NCBI GenBank assembly: GCA_023920165.1
Contig: CP089276.1
Span: forward strand, 124,001-188,000
Reading direction: 5' to 3'
DNA from: Curvularia clavata
Taxonomy: Eukaryota
Length of the DNA: 64,000 nucleotides
The position numbers were made by a program, and so were the translations under genes. This document shows positions 38,437-52,200 of this stretch, in pieces; the first letter of the stretch is position 1; every line of letters starts with the position of its first letter. The notes below the pieces were generated by a model. It made no database searches. It saw only the letters and a list, made by a program, of their open reading frames with translations, and was not told the DNA's origin.

Positions 38437-41382
38437 ATGTCCCTTACCGACTCCGAGCTGGAGATGGTCAGCTCTGAGCTGCGGGGCAATAACGACGACA
38501 TCCCAGAAGAGCCCGATATGATTCTCTCATCCGATGCTGACAACGACTCGTCGTTTGCTCCTCCACCGCGAATTGCCGCACGCTTCTATCGTCACTCTGC
38601 AAACCGCCGCAAGTCGTCAGCGACATCGTCGCGTCGCAACTCCATCTCCTCGACACACTCACACACATCGAACCGATCGTTTCGCAACAGTTGCCAAAAC
38701 CACCAGATAGCCCAGCACCTTCGCCGCGCCTCCATACTCGAAGATCGCAAGGCACGATTGGCGGATCGGGCAGCGCATGCCGAGCAGGTCAGGCAGCGTG
38801 CTGCTTTGGCCAAGGCCGCCCCGCGTGGCTCCAACAGTGAAGAGCGAGCCCTGGCAGCAAAACAGGCCCGCGAGAAACACCTCGCCCAAGTTGCCGCCTC
38901 CTGTGCCGAAGAAGTGAGGAGAGCCAAGAAGATTGCCGAAGATATGAAAGAACGCAAAGCCGCCGAGGAGCGAAGATACCGCATGGAAATGGAAGAAAAG
39001 TTGGCAGAGGCTGAGAAGAGAAGGCTGGAGTACAAGCGTAATCCCCGACGACCCAGGACTGCTAGCTCACCACCAGCTCGTGTAAAGCCACGCGCCCATT
39101 GTCCCATTATATCTACTGAGGATGCAGCCAAGAGGATCCAGGCGGCCTGGAGGAGTAAGGTTAGGCGCGATATTGTCAGGGAATGGCTGAAACTTGGGCT
39201 GTCTATCGAGATGGTCCAAGAGACCAGTTTCGATGTCATTACAGGCATGCTCGCAGAAGAGAAGCTGTTAAAGACAACTGAGAGAATCATGACCTTGTTT
39301 GTGCTACTGCCAGACGCAGATCCAACCTCCCGCAGCGCCGCAGTTAGGACTTTCCTCTCTTCATACCTTATCCTGGCACACCCAACCTACGTCTTCAGCC
39401 GAGATGGAGATCAGGAGCAGGATCTTATCACCAAAGCCAAAGATCTTGTCATCAGCTTTGAGTCCGCTCTGGCCAAGTTGACAAAGCTCAATTCCTACAC
39501 TCCATCGCCTACACGCACTGAAACCGTTCTTTTGGCCCATGGCGCATTCGTTGCCGCCTTCAATGACTGGAAATCTCGCGATTCGTCAGCGCTTGTTGAG
39601 ACTATGGTCGCTTCGTTTGTCAGCCTCGACGAGATATGGCAAAGCGTCAAGGATGCGACAGTCGATGAAGTTGCGAATGAATACAGAAACGGCATCAGGG
39701 ACAACCAGGCTATTCTGCTTAGCAGGATCAAGAAACTGGCTGGGCCTGACAAAGCTCTTACATTGATCCGGAAGGCTATCCGTGAGAGCAGAAGGTCGAG
39801 GCCAAAGAAGAGACTTGCGGGCGATACGGTTCGACCACGTGTGGCTGGCGAGTCGACACAAGACTCTCCACTGTCCGCCGAAAGCGCTGCCAAACAGGCT
39901 GAAGCTGCCTCGGAGCTGGCAGCCTCTGGTCAGGTTGAGCCTGAAGACCCGACTGCACAGGGTCACCAGGCCCAGTCACTATCCAAGGTCTTCACAGTGG
40001 TACCTGATAACCGCATCCTGGTCCACGAACTGTCAATCGACAAAGAGTACCGCATCGACCCTTCACCCACCGCCGACCTACGCGACGCTCTCAATCGGGA
40101 GCTTTGTGACGCCATGCGGCGGGGATTCGAAGAGGGCGACAGTACCAACTGGACCACTGCCATGGCAGAGAACATAAGAGGTAAATTGTTGCGGCTGCTG
40201 AAGCCGGGCAACTCGATGCATACTCTCATCTCTGAGACTTTGGATCCAGAACATGTCAGCCGACAATGCAGTCAAGGTGTCTTCTCTTACGGGAAGTTCT
40301 TTGACTTCATTGCCAGTATTTTGCCTAAGCTGTGCGCTCCCTTCCGAGACACTGAAGTTCAAGCACTTGCCGAAGAACTACAAGAAGAGGGTGATCTGTC
40401 AAGTATGATTGAGAAGCTGTTTAAGATCCTGCACATCATCGACCTGCTCTCATTGGATTACTCAAATTTCCTGTTGATGAACGCTGCTCCTACACTAATC
40501 AAGGAGGCTGTCGGTTACGAGCAACGCATGTTCGCCCAGGACCTAGAAGAGAACAAGATTACTCTCGACCGCACACGTCGCTGGTGGCGTAGTGCCACAG
40601 TCAACATGCACACCGAGGCTGATCGCCGCGACCCTTGGAGCCAGGCAAACCCTCTCAATCGGCCTACAGCGCACAAGATCTACGCACGCGGTCTGGTTGA
40701 TTTGGCAATTGCAACGCCACCTCTTCGACACTCTGAGCTGCCAGAGACACTCGAACTGGACCGGGCACGCATTGCGCGTATCCGTGAGGACGCGCTTCGC
40801 ATCACGACGATTGGAGGCATTTTGCTTACGGCCAAGAACCTGCTCAAGCGCGATGTTCGATCGCAGTGGAAGTCTGAAGCCAACAAGATGTGGTCTGTAC
40901 TCAAGGAAAACGGCTACATGTCTGATCCATCAACTCCGGGCAAAATCTCATCTCTCCTCGAGTCTTCACGCAACATGCCACCATCCACACGCTCACAGCT
41001 CTCCTCGACCATCACCCGGCTCCTGACGCAAGCCGAGGCAGGCAAGCTCTCGGATCCTGTCATGAAAGTCCTCTTCCAACGGCTCAAGACGCACATTTTC
41101 AACCGCGTGAGCGCCAGCAGCTCGGGCGAACGCGTCCGCGCGGCTAGCACGGCCATTGAAGGGCTTGCTACCACTGGTCTACCAGAGTTTGTGACGCAGG
41201 TCGCCGACATTTGCGAGCAGCTGGGTAAAGTGGGCGAGGTCGATAGAAAGTGCCATGGCAAGTGGTACGAGGAGATTGCCGAGGAGATGGAGAGGCTGGG
41301 GCTAGAGGGGGGCGAGGAACTTACGCGCTCACGCAGTGTGGAGAGTTCGGGGACTGCATCGTCATCCTCTTCTTCCATGTAA
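38437..41382 (+). CDS. T-complex protein 11 (Tcp11/Sok1-like) protein with IQ-like motif
   Basis: Long intronless ORF; AAKRIQAAWR IQ-like motif; RTFLSSYLILAHP, LPKLCAPFRD, YEQRMF and LPETLELDRARI Tcp11-type motifs; first ATG at 38437. Confidence 0.85.
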   Translation: MSLTDSELEMVSSELRGNNDDIPEEPDMILSSDADNDSSFAPPPRIAARFYRHSANRRKSSATSSRRNSISSTHSHTSNRSFRNSCQNHQIAQHLRRASILEDRKARLADRAAHAEQVRQRAALAKAAPRGSNSEERALAAKQAREKHLAQVAASCAEEVRRAKKIAEDMKERKAAEERRYRMEMEEKLAEAEKRRLEYKRNPRRPRTASSPPARVKPRAHCPIISTEDAAKRIQAAWRSKVRRDIVREWLKLGLSIEMVQETSFDVITGMLAEEKLLKTTERIMTLFVLLPDADPTSRSAAVRTFLSSYLILAHPTYVFSRDGDQEQDLITKAKDLVISFESALAKLTKLNSYTPSPTRTETVLLAHGAFVAAFNDWKSRDSSALVETMVASFVSLDEIWQSVKDATVDEVANEYRNGIRDNQAILLSRIKKLAGPDKALTLIRKAIRESRRSRPKKRLAGDTVRPRVAGESTQDSPLSAESAAKQAEAASELAASGQVEPEDPTAQGHQAQSLSKVFTVVPDNRILVHELSIDKEYRIDPSPTADLRDALNRELCDAMRRGFEEGDSTNWTTAMAENIRGKLLRLLKPGNSMHTLISETLDPEHVSRQCSQGVFSYGKFFDFIASILPKLCAPFRDTEVQALAEELQEEGDLSSMIEKLFKILHIIDLLSLDYSNFLLMNAAPTLIKEAVGYEQRMFAQDLEENKITLDRTRRWWRSATVNMHTEADRRDPWSQANPLNRPTAHKIYARGLVDLAIATPPLRHSELPETLELDRARIARIREDALRITTIGGILLTAKNLLKRDVRSQWKSEANKMWSVLKENGYMSDPSTPGKISSLLESSRNMPPSTRSQLSSTITRLLTQAEAGKLSDPVMKVLFQRLKTHIFNRVSASSSGERVRAASTAIEGLATTGLPEFVTQVADICEQLGKVGEVDRKCHGKWYEEIAEEMERLGLEGGEELTRSRSVESSGTASSSSSSM

Positions 41383-42449
41383 CGTGGACTGGAGATATGG
41401 GATCACGTGGTCATTGATGCATGTGTTTTTCTTTTTTTTCCCTTTCGCGCTGAGATGCGTTTTTTCATGCTGTTTCGGTTGGATTCGGTTTGCCGTACAC
41501 GTCATGTTGTTACTGCGTATGTCCTTCACTCGCATGGCGCTGCAGGTGTTTTTGTTTCGTCTTTCACCTCTCTCTATCTGTCTTCTTTCATTCTTACCTG
41601 GGCTACAGTCTAGACGGCGCGTTTCTTCTTTGTTTTTCACAAGCAATATACCAATTGGGGATGGGACATGTTTCTGTTTCTTGGTATTGCTATTGGGAGC
41701 GAAGCGGGGTCATGACTTTGGTTGTTTATCTTTATACGTATACCAACTGTTTTTCCATTCTTGTGGTCCCTTCTTTTTTGCTCGTCCAGATTATGCTTAA
41801 TGACTCTCGCATTGGGCTGCCTGGTTGTCTTTCTGCGCTTGAGTTTAGACGAATGTAGCTGGATGTAATAGTCGTATATCTGTGTTTAGCTATAACTGTG
41901 TGGCGAGACAAATACCTAATATGATAATTGATCACCTGCGAGACGAGTTACTGTGCAGCTTAATGAGTCAAGAGTGTAGACGAGAAAATTGGTCAAGACG
42001 AGTGGCAGACGATTGCATTGAGAGAAGACAATCGTTCTGGTCGAGAAGTGTACTGCCTCGAACACGACTGATGTTGTTGGAAGCAACTTGTCGATTGGGA
42101 TGTGATTTCTGACATTTAAGTTTTCCTCTTTTACATTCATATTCTAGTCGTTCCCCTGCATTCTGCTGCAGTGTGAAACCGTAATATGATACCCCAAGAG
42201 CCTCGAGCCACTACCGGTTTCCGCGGGGACGTACTCGGTAGTTCGATATTGCTCTTTGTTATGCACAGCGATCATGGTCCTTTTTTCCGCCAGTAACACA
42301 TCAGTCATGTCTGTGCGTTGGTATAGAGGGACCGTTAGGTGAAAACAGTGGAGCTATGATCTTTACCACTTCCATCAATGGACTACGGGTAAAGGATTCC
42401 ACACGCATGCGTGCCATGATTCATTGCTCAATCCATCAACAGGATGTCA

Positions 42450-43926
42450 TCATAGATTCTGCTTTGGATGAGAAGTACCTGCTGCTGGCGGAACAGATGC
42501 CACTGGGGGCCGACGAATGCCAAAAGATGCTTTTCTTGCTTCGTCGATGCGGCCTTTTGCAAGGCTGATGCCAGGGACGACCCACTCTCCACAGCTGCAT
42601 TGCATACCCTGCCAGGCATACTTGCCCACATTGGTATGGCACTTTGGGCATTCAAGGCGGCCGTCTAACTTGCCCTGTTCAAGCTCAGGTCGCATCCAGG
42701 ACAAGGGATCGAGAAAGTAGTGGGCACATTTGGCCGAAGAGGGGGCTTCGGCTTCATTGTCTTTGCCAGAGGATGAGGATCCATGCGACAGTAGATACTG
42801 CGAAGTTGCCAGCGCGCGCCTAAAAGCGTGTAAGCCTTTGGGCAGGCAGGGCCATGAAGACGGCGGCGGTAAAGGGAGCATAGGGCAACAATAAAGCGTT
42901 ATCGTGCGGCGGCCCCACTTACCTGCATTTGCGACATCTCAACTCGTAGGCCGAGGCCTCGTCAGCAACATGTTCGTCTTCGAAGCGGATCTTGTCTGCG
43001 TCTGGGGCTTGGCCACAGGCGCGACTCAACTCAATCTCGCGCTGATAGACCCATCGCTGGTAAGCCGGGGTGTTTTCCACGTCCTGTGGTGTGTGCATTT
43101 GTGCGTAGAGTTGGAGTTGCTTCATGAAACCTGGGTTTGGTTCGCAGATGGACCGAGCTTGCCGTACGTGGGACAAGGCTTCGGAAGGGCTGATGTTATG
43201 CTCTTGCATCAAGTAAGCGATGACCACGGTAGCTGATCGCGATTTGCCCATGGCACTAGAGAAGAAACAGTAGTTGGCATAGTGGTCTGAGTGGTGGGAG
43301 TGGAATGGCAAAAAGGTGGCAAGAAAGCGGTGTGAAATGGGGAAAGAATGGCGGACTGCAGTCAGGAGATGCAGGACACGAGACGGGTGGGGGGGATGGG
43401 GGAGGAGGAAGAGGAGAAGACGACTGCATGCATTTGCGGTGCACGCAGCGACGAGGCACTGGGGTTGGGGCGCGTGTGTCGTGTGAAGATGGCAAAATTG
43501 CCAAGCAAGGCAGTCGGGGATGGCGATCCAGGGTTGTTGGTGTGGCCGCATGCACGCGGCTTCAGCTGGGCAAGGGGGCTTACCAGTGGACTAGAACACC
43601 GCCGCCTGCATCGAGGCCTTCGCGAATAAATCGGTTGGTGGCCGGGAAATGCTCGAGCAGATTTTCATCTTCGACATCGTCGACCTCGACCACCATGTGC
43701 TTGAAGGGGGCAAAGAGGTCATTGTCGAGGGGGGTACGCAGGACCGACAGGACATGAGTAATGTTTGCGTTTTCGAGGGCTTCGCGGCGGCGCAAGGTAA
43801 AGATGCTACCCAAGTGGTTAGACGGTTGTGGCCCGGGGGACTCGAAACCACGGCTGCCGCCGACGACATTACGTACCCACCAATGTACAGGTTGAGGCTG
43901 CCAGGCACTCTATCAATGAGGGCCAT
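42450..43926 (-). CDS. YVH1: Dual-specificity phosphatase Yvh1/DUSP12 (introns 43806-43876, 43256-43583, 42820-42922)
   Basis: [14 protein letters not shown] active site after splicing; [11 protein letters not shown]-terminal zinc domain LRCRKCRR...CAHYF...CPKC...[14 protein letters not shown]. Confidence 0.95.
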
Positions 43927-45272
43927 GGTGGATGCTCAGGCAGTCGAGGGGCCCGAAGATAGTCGGAGCCGGAGATGAGGGGAACGAGGATCAACAAGCT
44001 CAGGCTGGGGGACGAAGCGCAAGCGTAAGGCGCAGGCAGGTTGAAGGTGTGCAGTGGGCGCAGAGCAAGTGAGGGTCTAATTTTGACCGAGGCTGCGTGG
44101 GATAGCGTGTGGCCGCCCAAATTGCGGACCGTCGTCCATGGCCACGGCCGGCACCAGTCATCGGAGATTTTCGGTTACATGAAGGGTGCGGGGTGGGTTG
44201 GGCGGACGGATGGATGTAGGTATGGAGGTGGATAAGTTTTGGTGGGTAGCATAGCATGTGATGTGATAATGTTTGAGGGTTGGTTTGGCTGACGACGGTG
44301 ATGGTTATGGTGATGGGGCCAGCGTCGGCGTCGGCGTCGGCATGCGCAAGTTGGGTTTACGTACAGTACCATGACAGTTACTGTGCTATACGCACTATAC
44401 GCACTACATGGACAAGACTAGCCGCGTACATACATACATACTGCAGAGCATTGGCCCAGGCTGCTGTCATGGGCATGTGCCGGAGGACTAGCCGGTAAAT
44501 AGGCTTTGGGGCAGCGAGCGACAGAAGACTACCTTTGGCGGTGTTGTCGTCGAGCCAGCGGAACCTTCCGTGGCCCCGCGGAGCTGCAGAGCGCGGATCA
44601 GGGACTGAGAGCCATGGCCGTGGATAAGCCCTATGGCTCTGATGCCGCCAGCCAATTCCTGCTCGACTTGGTCTCTACATAGTACCCATAGTAATACCGG
44701 AGCCTGCTAGGCGGCGGCTTGGACAGCAGAATGGATTATGCCGTGTCGACACCATGTACAGGCTGCATGCGACATGGCATGTATGTACATGGCAGCACAT
44801 AATGGCGTGTATGTAGATGGATAGATAGCCAGCCAGGCGAGTCGGCTGGGCTGGCAAGGCTGCCGGGGCGCCTCGTCCCGTAACTCGGCGAGGCGCATTG
44901 TTGTTTTGGCCATAGGGACGGCAGTTTGGCGACTGCTGTGCCAGACGGCCGGCGTGAATTGACGACATGGTCCATGACTTGGTGGTTCGCGCTGTCTCGA
45001 AACAAGGTGTAGGGCCGCCGTGGATGCTGCGCGCGCGGCCCACCTAGCACCAACATGTTACTCATAGCTGCTCGCAGCACAGACGGGCTGGGCCTGAATC
45101 CGATACCCCGGAGTCGTCTGCATACTAGCGCTCGTGGCAGCACGAGGCACCCTAGGAGCGACTCTGAGGCCGTGGACAGCGCCCCGAAGAACAGCCCATG
45201 GTCCACGGCAAGTGTGCGTAGTAGGTATGTACGTCGGAGGTGTATAGTGCAGACACGGGTGGGCGCAAGCAA

Positions 45273-45400
45273 GGCAGGGCAGGGCAGAGCAGAGCAGGGC
45301 AGGACAGGACAGGGCCGGACAGGGCAGGGAAAAGAAGGACAAGACCAGACTAGACAAGACAAGACAAGACAAAGACCAGGCAGAGCAGACAGGACAAGGC
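45273..45400 (+). repeat. Degenerate pentanucleotide repeat (GGCAG/GACAG/GACAA)n
   Basis: ggcagggcagggcagagcagagcagggcaggacaggacag...agacaagacaagacaagac. Confidence 0.8.
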
Positions 45401-45854
45401 CGTGTCGCATGCTGCCGCCACGCTGGGTTTGCCGGCGGGTGGTAGGGCTGCTGTGCTGTGAGGTTGCCATGGCCTCAGCGTCTGTGCGCACCGACCGCTT
45501 CCGCTACCCGCGTTAGCCACTAGTCCCAAACGGGGCAGTCTGACGCTGTGCCGCCTGGCCTCCTCCAATGCCCTTGGACGCGCCGCCAGCCATGCAACCC
45601 TCGTCAGCCAGCGCCGCCAGCAACCTTGTCTGCCCCATCTCATCGCCATGTCTTGCCCTACCACCGCCCCTCTCACCGTTGCCTTGCACCGCCAGCCCGA
45701 AATACCTGCCTCGATACCAAGCTCGCCTGCCAGAAGCGGTCGTCTGGGTGGGCACACGCGGGCGCCAATCCGCACCATTCACTCACCCTCTGTCGAGTCG
45801 ACACCTGCCACCTAAGCCCCGCTGGCTCCCTCTGTTTCTGCCTGTGTGGCCCCC

Positions 45855-45903
45855 TCCCTCTCTCTCACTCACTCATACACACACACACACTCTCTCTCTC
45901 TCT
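45855..45903 (+). repeat. Compound (TC)n/(CA)n microsatellite
   Basis: ctctctctcactcactcatacacacacacacactctctctctctct. Confidence 0.85.
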
Positions 45904-47037
45904 TGCACTCGACAGCATTCACCCAGCTGCCCACCACCACCCGCACCCCACGCGCCCGGAAACCTCTGCCGTCGCCTGCACCTTTTCCAGGGCCACGCAG
46001 CGTTGCGACTACTGGCAAGCCCTATGCACGCAAGACAGCCGGCGTGAGCTTCACGCTTCACGCTTCACGCTTCTGGAAAAGTCAGAAACCACGCCTACAC
46101 GACTAAGGCCTGCATGTCCTGACCCCTGCCCAACAAGAGTCCCCACTTCGTTGCTCCGTGCCAGGAGCATCCCGCCAGGGCCAATCACTGCCTGTGAGCC
46201 TGCCCAGCTCAGTGCTTAATGTCCAACCCAGTCCCCGGTGGAAGCACCTCTTTTCTCTCCCGCCTGCTGCTATTGCTCTTGCTGCTGTCGCGTCCAGCCC
46301 TGCCTCCACCAGAAAAAAAAAGTCCCATCCTGGATGCGCTGCTCGCCTGCTTCTTTTTAACTCCCCTTTTACTCCACTCCGCCTCTGGCCCACGCTAAGA
46401 AAAACCACACGCCTTCAGAGGACCCTATCGTACGCCCGCTCGGGCGCCTCCGCTGCAGTGTACCATGAGCATTGCATTCACCACCACAATTTGACCTTCT
46501 TGTCTACTGCCCCCTTCCGACACGTCTTCCCATGACCAATAGCCTGCATCGAAAATAACAAAACATTGTGGCGGTGCGGGCCAGACCAGTTCGTTCAGCT
46601 CTACACTACAGCAACGAGGGTCTCAGCCCTACGGACAGCCTCAATCGCTAGTCAACGGGTACGAAGAAACCGCCCCCGCTCCCTCACATCCCTCATCAGC
46701 CTCACCCTCGCAAACTCCCTTCCCCCTCAACGACACGTAACTCGCACACCCACCCGGTAAGCCACCTGCGATTACTCTTCCAAATTATCTCAGCTACTCC
46801 TGTCTGCGCTCGATGCACTCTTCCCTGCCTGTTTCGGCCATGCCGTAGGTGGTCCCAGGCTAACTCGTGTGCGTCTAGGTCCGTGCCCGCCTACACCATC
46901 CAGTAGCCATTACATTCACGCGTCTCTGCTCGTCGCGACTTGCCACTTTGGCCCTGCTCGTGTGCGCCGAGGGTACGCTTTCAGCTACTCCCCCCTAGTG
47001 GCGGTCTCCTAGCACACATCGTCACAACCCACAAGCC

Positions 47038-49249
47038 ATGTCCTCGACGCCGAGTATTCGCGTATATGATTCCCACCGCTTTCCCCTGCCACACCACACT
47101 AGACCCTCGATACCAAGCCCAGCTGTAGCAATGGCTATACCGAGAGTACGTAAGCTCGTGTTTCCACATGCCGTGTATTGTGAACGACTCAGGACTGCAT
47201 TGCTGCATTCGTCAATTTGGCATGGCTGCCAAACAGCGTTGCACTGTCCTGCATGCTCTTCTTGATTCACCGCTCACTCATATTTGTCCCTATTATTTTT
47301 TTTGGCCCCAGGAACAATTGACTAATTGTATTGCAAATTTCATAGGCTCGCGAGCAAGTCCCGCCACCTTTACCTCCTCCACGTCATATCGAAGACCTCC
47401 GAACCGGCCAGGACCCTGGTTGGCAATGGGGCAACACAAATAGCCCCAGAGACACAGGTTTTGGCGGAAATCGGCTCGCGACAGTCAAACCTGGCTCGAG
47501 CTTATACGGTGGATCCGGAACAAACTACCCACGCGAGCCCGCGGGCGATTACATACTTTCTCGCAACCGCGAACCTTCCATCTCTAGGTCACTTGAAGAC
47601 ATGAGCTCAGAACATAGTGGCCACAGCGACGAGGAACGCAACACAAACACTCGCCCATCCCTTGCAAGTCACCGATTCACAAGCGAGAGACAGCTGGGAC
47701 AAAAAGCCCTACAGAACTCGTCGCAAGCCTACGACAAGCAACTCCTTTCCAAGATTGGAGGCCCAAGTACTCCCACAAGAACCACTGCCCCTCCCCTTTC
47801 CTCTAGCAATACTCAAGACAGTATCGTCGACCCCCGTGCCTCGATACACAAACACAACGGCCAGTTGAAGCCCCTGACTGTGCCCGCCCTCTCACCAGGA
47901 TACACCGGCTTTCGTAGCCCCATATTCGACCCAACAGAGCCGTCGAGGGCCCGCTACGGCAGCATCTCGACGCCAGGACCTTTGGATGAGACTGCTTCCA
48001 CCCACCGTGGCAGCTACGACCACAGCATTTTTTCAGACCCTGACTTCAGCATGGAGGAAAACGGAATGCGTGATTTGAACATCAACGAGCGCAGCCCTGC
48101 CGAATCTGAAGAGTATCAATTAGGCCCAAAGGGCGGCCTGAAACGGCGCGCCTCGTCGCCGCCATCGGAAGCTGCACGCGACGACCGTCCCACCAATAGT
48201 GGGCAGAACGATCTTTATCACCGCCGCTCCATCCAAATGCTCGTCAACCGAAACTGCAATGCTTCGCGCTTCCAGTCGAATCCGAGCTCGCTGTCCTCGA
48301 GTGGATCTGCCAGTCAACGCAGCGGTTCCATTGCATCTTCGTTTGGATTCTCCACTGCACCAAGTAGTATAACAAGTTATGGTGGAGATCAGCGCCTGTC
48401 ACCTAATGCGTTGTCACCGTTAGGAGAGACGGAATTGGGTCCCGTGTCGCCTTATGCAGCTAGCCGATCGTTGGATCCCAGCCCCCGCGGGTCCTTGTCA
48501 CGGCCTCCGCATCAGCGAGGCTTTTCGGAGACCGAGCACGCACAGATTCGCAAAATGTCCACAGACAGCATGTTACACTCACGGCAGAACTCTGTTGCGA
48601 ATCGCTTACCAGGTGCTTACATCTGCGAGTGCTGCCCCAAGAAACCTAAAAAGTTTGACAGCGAAGAAGAGCTGCGGTAAGTGACATGGGTCTGCGTTTT
48701 TACCCACCGCTACTTGGTCTTGCCCCCCATGCCTGAGTGACCATGCGCTGACCCCAGCAAAACAGATTGCATGAGCTAGAGAAGCAGTACATTTGCCAGT
48801 ACTGTCCCAATCGCTTCAAGAACAAGAACGAAGCTGAGCGCCACCAAAACTCGCTCCATCTGCGCCGCCATTCTTGGTCATGTGCAACACTTGCTGGCGT
48901 TCATGCAGCTTTCCACCCCTCGCCTACTCGCCCCGCTGCCGCAGACGTTTGCGGGTACTGCGGTGAGGAGTTTCCCAACCCCGCGGACTGGGAAGCACGA
49001 GCGGAACATCTGAATCACGTGCATAAATTTGGTGAATGCAACCAAGCCAAGAAGTTCTTCCGTGCCGACCATTTCCGACAGCACCTTAAGCATAGCCATG
49101 CAGGCACCAGCGGCAAGTGGACCAATATGCTGGAAAACGCTTGCATGAGAGACGAGCCACCGCCTCAAGAGCGTGTTGGCTCCATATCCGGCCCGTCGAG
49201 CCTTGCAACAAAGCCCAATGTCATTAGCGAAGCACTTGACGAATCTTGA
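47038..49249 (+). CDS. C2H2 zinc-finger transcription factor (introns 47146-47345, 48677-48765; probable 5'UTR intron 46757-46878)
   Basis: MAIPR|AREQVPPPLPPPR...DPGWQWGN spliced in frame with ORF 47601; fingers CECCPKKPKKF, CQYCPNRFKNKNEAERHQNSLH, CGYCGEEF...HLNHVH, CNQAKKFFRADHFRQHLKHSH. Confidence 0.88.
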
Positions 49250-52200
49250 TTTCTCATACGATACACATCTACCCACGAGATCTGTGCGACATACGCATTT
49301 ACTTCAGCGAAGCGTAGCCTTTTGACGATATCATTCAATTCTATTCGACAGTAGCATTCTCTTCAAGCCAGCGCTTTTGGCCCATATACCAGCATTTCAC
49401 AGACTTGGTCTTATTTCAGCGAAAAAAAGTTTTTCCCAGTTGCAGATTGTCTTTGCATTTACCACTCATTCTTCGTCCAAGCCTGGGCGCTTTGGCATAA
49501 CGACACTGATGATGGCATTTGGTTATACATACCGGTATCAGAGTATTCTTTTCATGTGAGCCCAACGACACGTTCGATGCATTTCTGCGGGTGTTTTTTT
49601 TTTGACTCGGCGGGGCGTTGATGAGACTGACATGTCCAGGCGCGTCTTCATAGGCATTTTTGCATGACTACGTTCCTTTCTGACTTCCCGACCTATTACA
49701 TAAAAACCGTATCATGAATACAATAACAGTCGGCGGAGTTCTATTAAAGAAAAAAAAGCCTTCTCATCTCCTCTCCTCTCCTCTCTCATCAATACTACGA
49801 TGTGGCCGGGTACGACACTGATGAGACTATGCTTGGCATTTTCAGCCTTGCTGTTTTTTTAGTGGATTCTTGGTTTGGATTACTGGTGGCATCAGAGTCA
49901 GCCGCATGAAAAAGGGGTCTCGAAAAAAGATCAATAACGTCATAAATCCTCATCACTGGACCCACCTATGCTGTGCAACGTCACAGTGGCAACCTGCATT
50001 CCTTTTGCCTCTCTTTTTCAGCTGGTTACTCAACTGTCCAGCCTCATACGCCCCCAGCAGACGTGCAATGCAGGCGGGTTGTCAGCCACAACTAGCAATC
50101 TCCTGGCTCAGCGAATCACACAGAGTTCTTCGTCGAGTCTAGAAAACCAGACTATATTAGACTACTTTTGACCCAAAAGAATTAACATGCACATGTAAAC
50201 TAGTTTGTTCCATCAATCGTGTTAGCGTTTACCAGGAAGAGCTGTTGTTAAGTGCACCGGATTTGCATACTTATTCCAGCACCTAGTCTCCAAGATTGCT
50301 CGTGCATTATCGTCAGCATCGTCCGTAGTCGTCACCGCCGCCGTCGTCATCTCCATGCACGAGATACACTTGGCTCTCAGAGAGCTTGTAGAGTATGTTT
50401 CAAGAGTGCCCGCCAAGTGTGGGTATTAGATACGGTCTACGCATGTGCATGGTTGGTACAGACTAAGCATCATGTATTACGAGAAAAAACGGCCTGTCAT
50501 ACGGTAACTTCCTTTGCTTTCCCCTCACCAACGTTGTCCTATCCTTCGCAGGGTATGCATTTACCTTTACGAAGTACATATCTAGGAAAAAGGAAAAAAA
50601 ACTTGGAAACTCTATCGTACATATGTCACATGTGCATCTTGCATACAGTCTCACGGAGTATACCTACACGTGACCCCCACTGCTTCGTTCCCCTTCTTCT
50701 CTCTCTCTATTCCCAAACCCACACACCCCCCAGCCCCAGCCCTAACCCCCATAGCGCTTACCCCTCCCTCACATTCCGCTCTTCCGACCGGCGCATTCTT
50801 CCTTATTCGCACCGATTTACTTGAGCACTCATACATACATACATACATCTTATCTGGACCCTGTTTCCTACATATCCTTGTCCCCTGCTCCGCTCGTAAC
50901 CTCTTTCCATACCTTGCTTTCCTGGCCCGTGTGATTTACCTTCCTTCGGTTTATCTAGTACCGATCACCCGCCTTTCCCGCGTCTGGTCTGATCTGACGG
51001 TGAGCGGGAAGGGCGGAGGGGGGGAGGGACGGTGTGTTGTGTGGGGTTGTGTCAGATTGGGGAGGGGGGGCCGGAGTGAGCACTAGGGGACTGAGGTAAG
51101 CGGCGACTTGAGAGATGCCGGGATGAAGGAAGATCGGGGCCTTGGATGGTGAAGTAGATTGAGACGGCGGCGGCCGCCGCCATCGTGGTAGTGTGAAGTG
51201 GTGCTGGTGCTGGTGCTGATGCTGGGAGCGTGAGATAGGGTGAGGTGTATTTTTACGGAGGACAGACCGGAGCACAATAACTGGTTACGCTTAAAACGGG
51301 GGACCAACTTTACGGTCTATACGGTACCAGTACTCCTTAACTTGGTCTTGCCCATGTCCGTCGCATGGAGAAAAAAAAATATCAAAATGACTATTTTGCT
51401 TCTTATCTCGCTCGGCATTGGATGCCGTGCCGGTGAAACGGCATATTAGACGTTGAATTAAAATTCCCTGGCTATCCTATTGGCTAGGTTAGACATCAAA
51501 GACGAAAAGATTTTCAAAATTAACTGTACGGGTACAGGGTCCGTAGGGTGGTCTTTGGGTAGTCGAGGGGGATGGGTCTAGGAAGTTAATGCACATCTTA
51601 CTCGAGACTATCGACTTACAAACTACCATGTCTCTGTACCTAACTGTAAATATTCCTCTGTTATATTGTTCAAGGTCCCAAACTCTATATTGGTCATCTC
51701 GGCATTCTAGCAGGACCAATCGCTGTAAATACCCTGTTTGGTGGTAGTGGGTGGGCATGTACTATTAGTCCTGTTATTTTCATTTCTTTCAAGTCTGTCT
51801 ATTTCTTAATCTCCAAGGCGAGAAGGTTACAAAGACATGGGTAAAGTTTGTTATTATTACTGTGGCTGAACAAAGTTTACGGCAGTTGTATACTCGGGTC
51901 TTGTTTTGATGCCGGTTAGCGCGTTGGTTTGCCATTGTCAAACTCAGATCACTTACCCATGGGTAGGGAACCGAGTACGCAGGCTAGCGATATACATGAA
52001 ACAATAGGTTTGAGTTCAAAGGGACTGGGCAAGGCGATATGGATGCGGGAGAGGGATTGCATGAGGATTCCTTGCTTCGCTTCATGCAGCCAGGAATACC
52101 CTTTTCATCGCATAAGATGGAGATCTCGGACAAGAACAGTATTATCTTTGTTTAGTCAAACTGTTACTCTCACGATTCTACGTCGATATCGTCGGACGCT

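Noticed and set aside
44675..46535. Several 100-250 aa ORFs between YVH1 and the C2H2 gene
   Set aside because: Low-complexity translations of GC-rich, microsatellite-containing promoter DNA.
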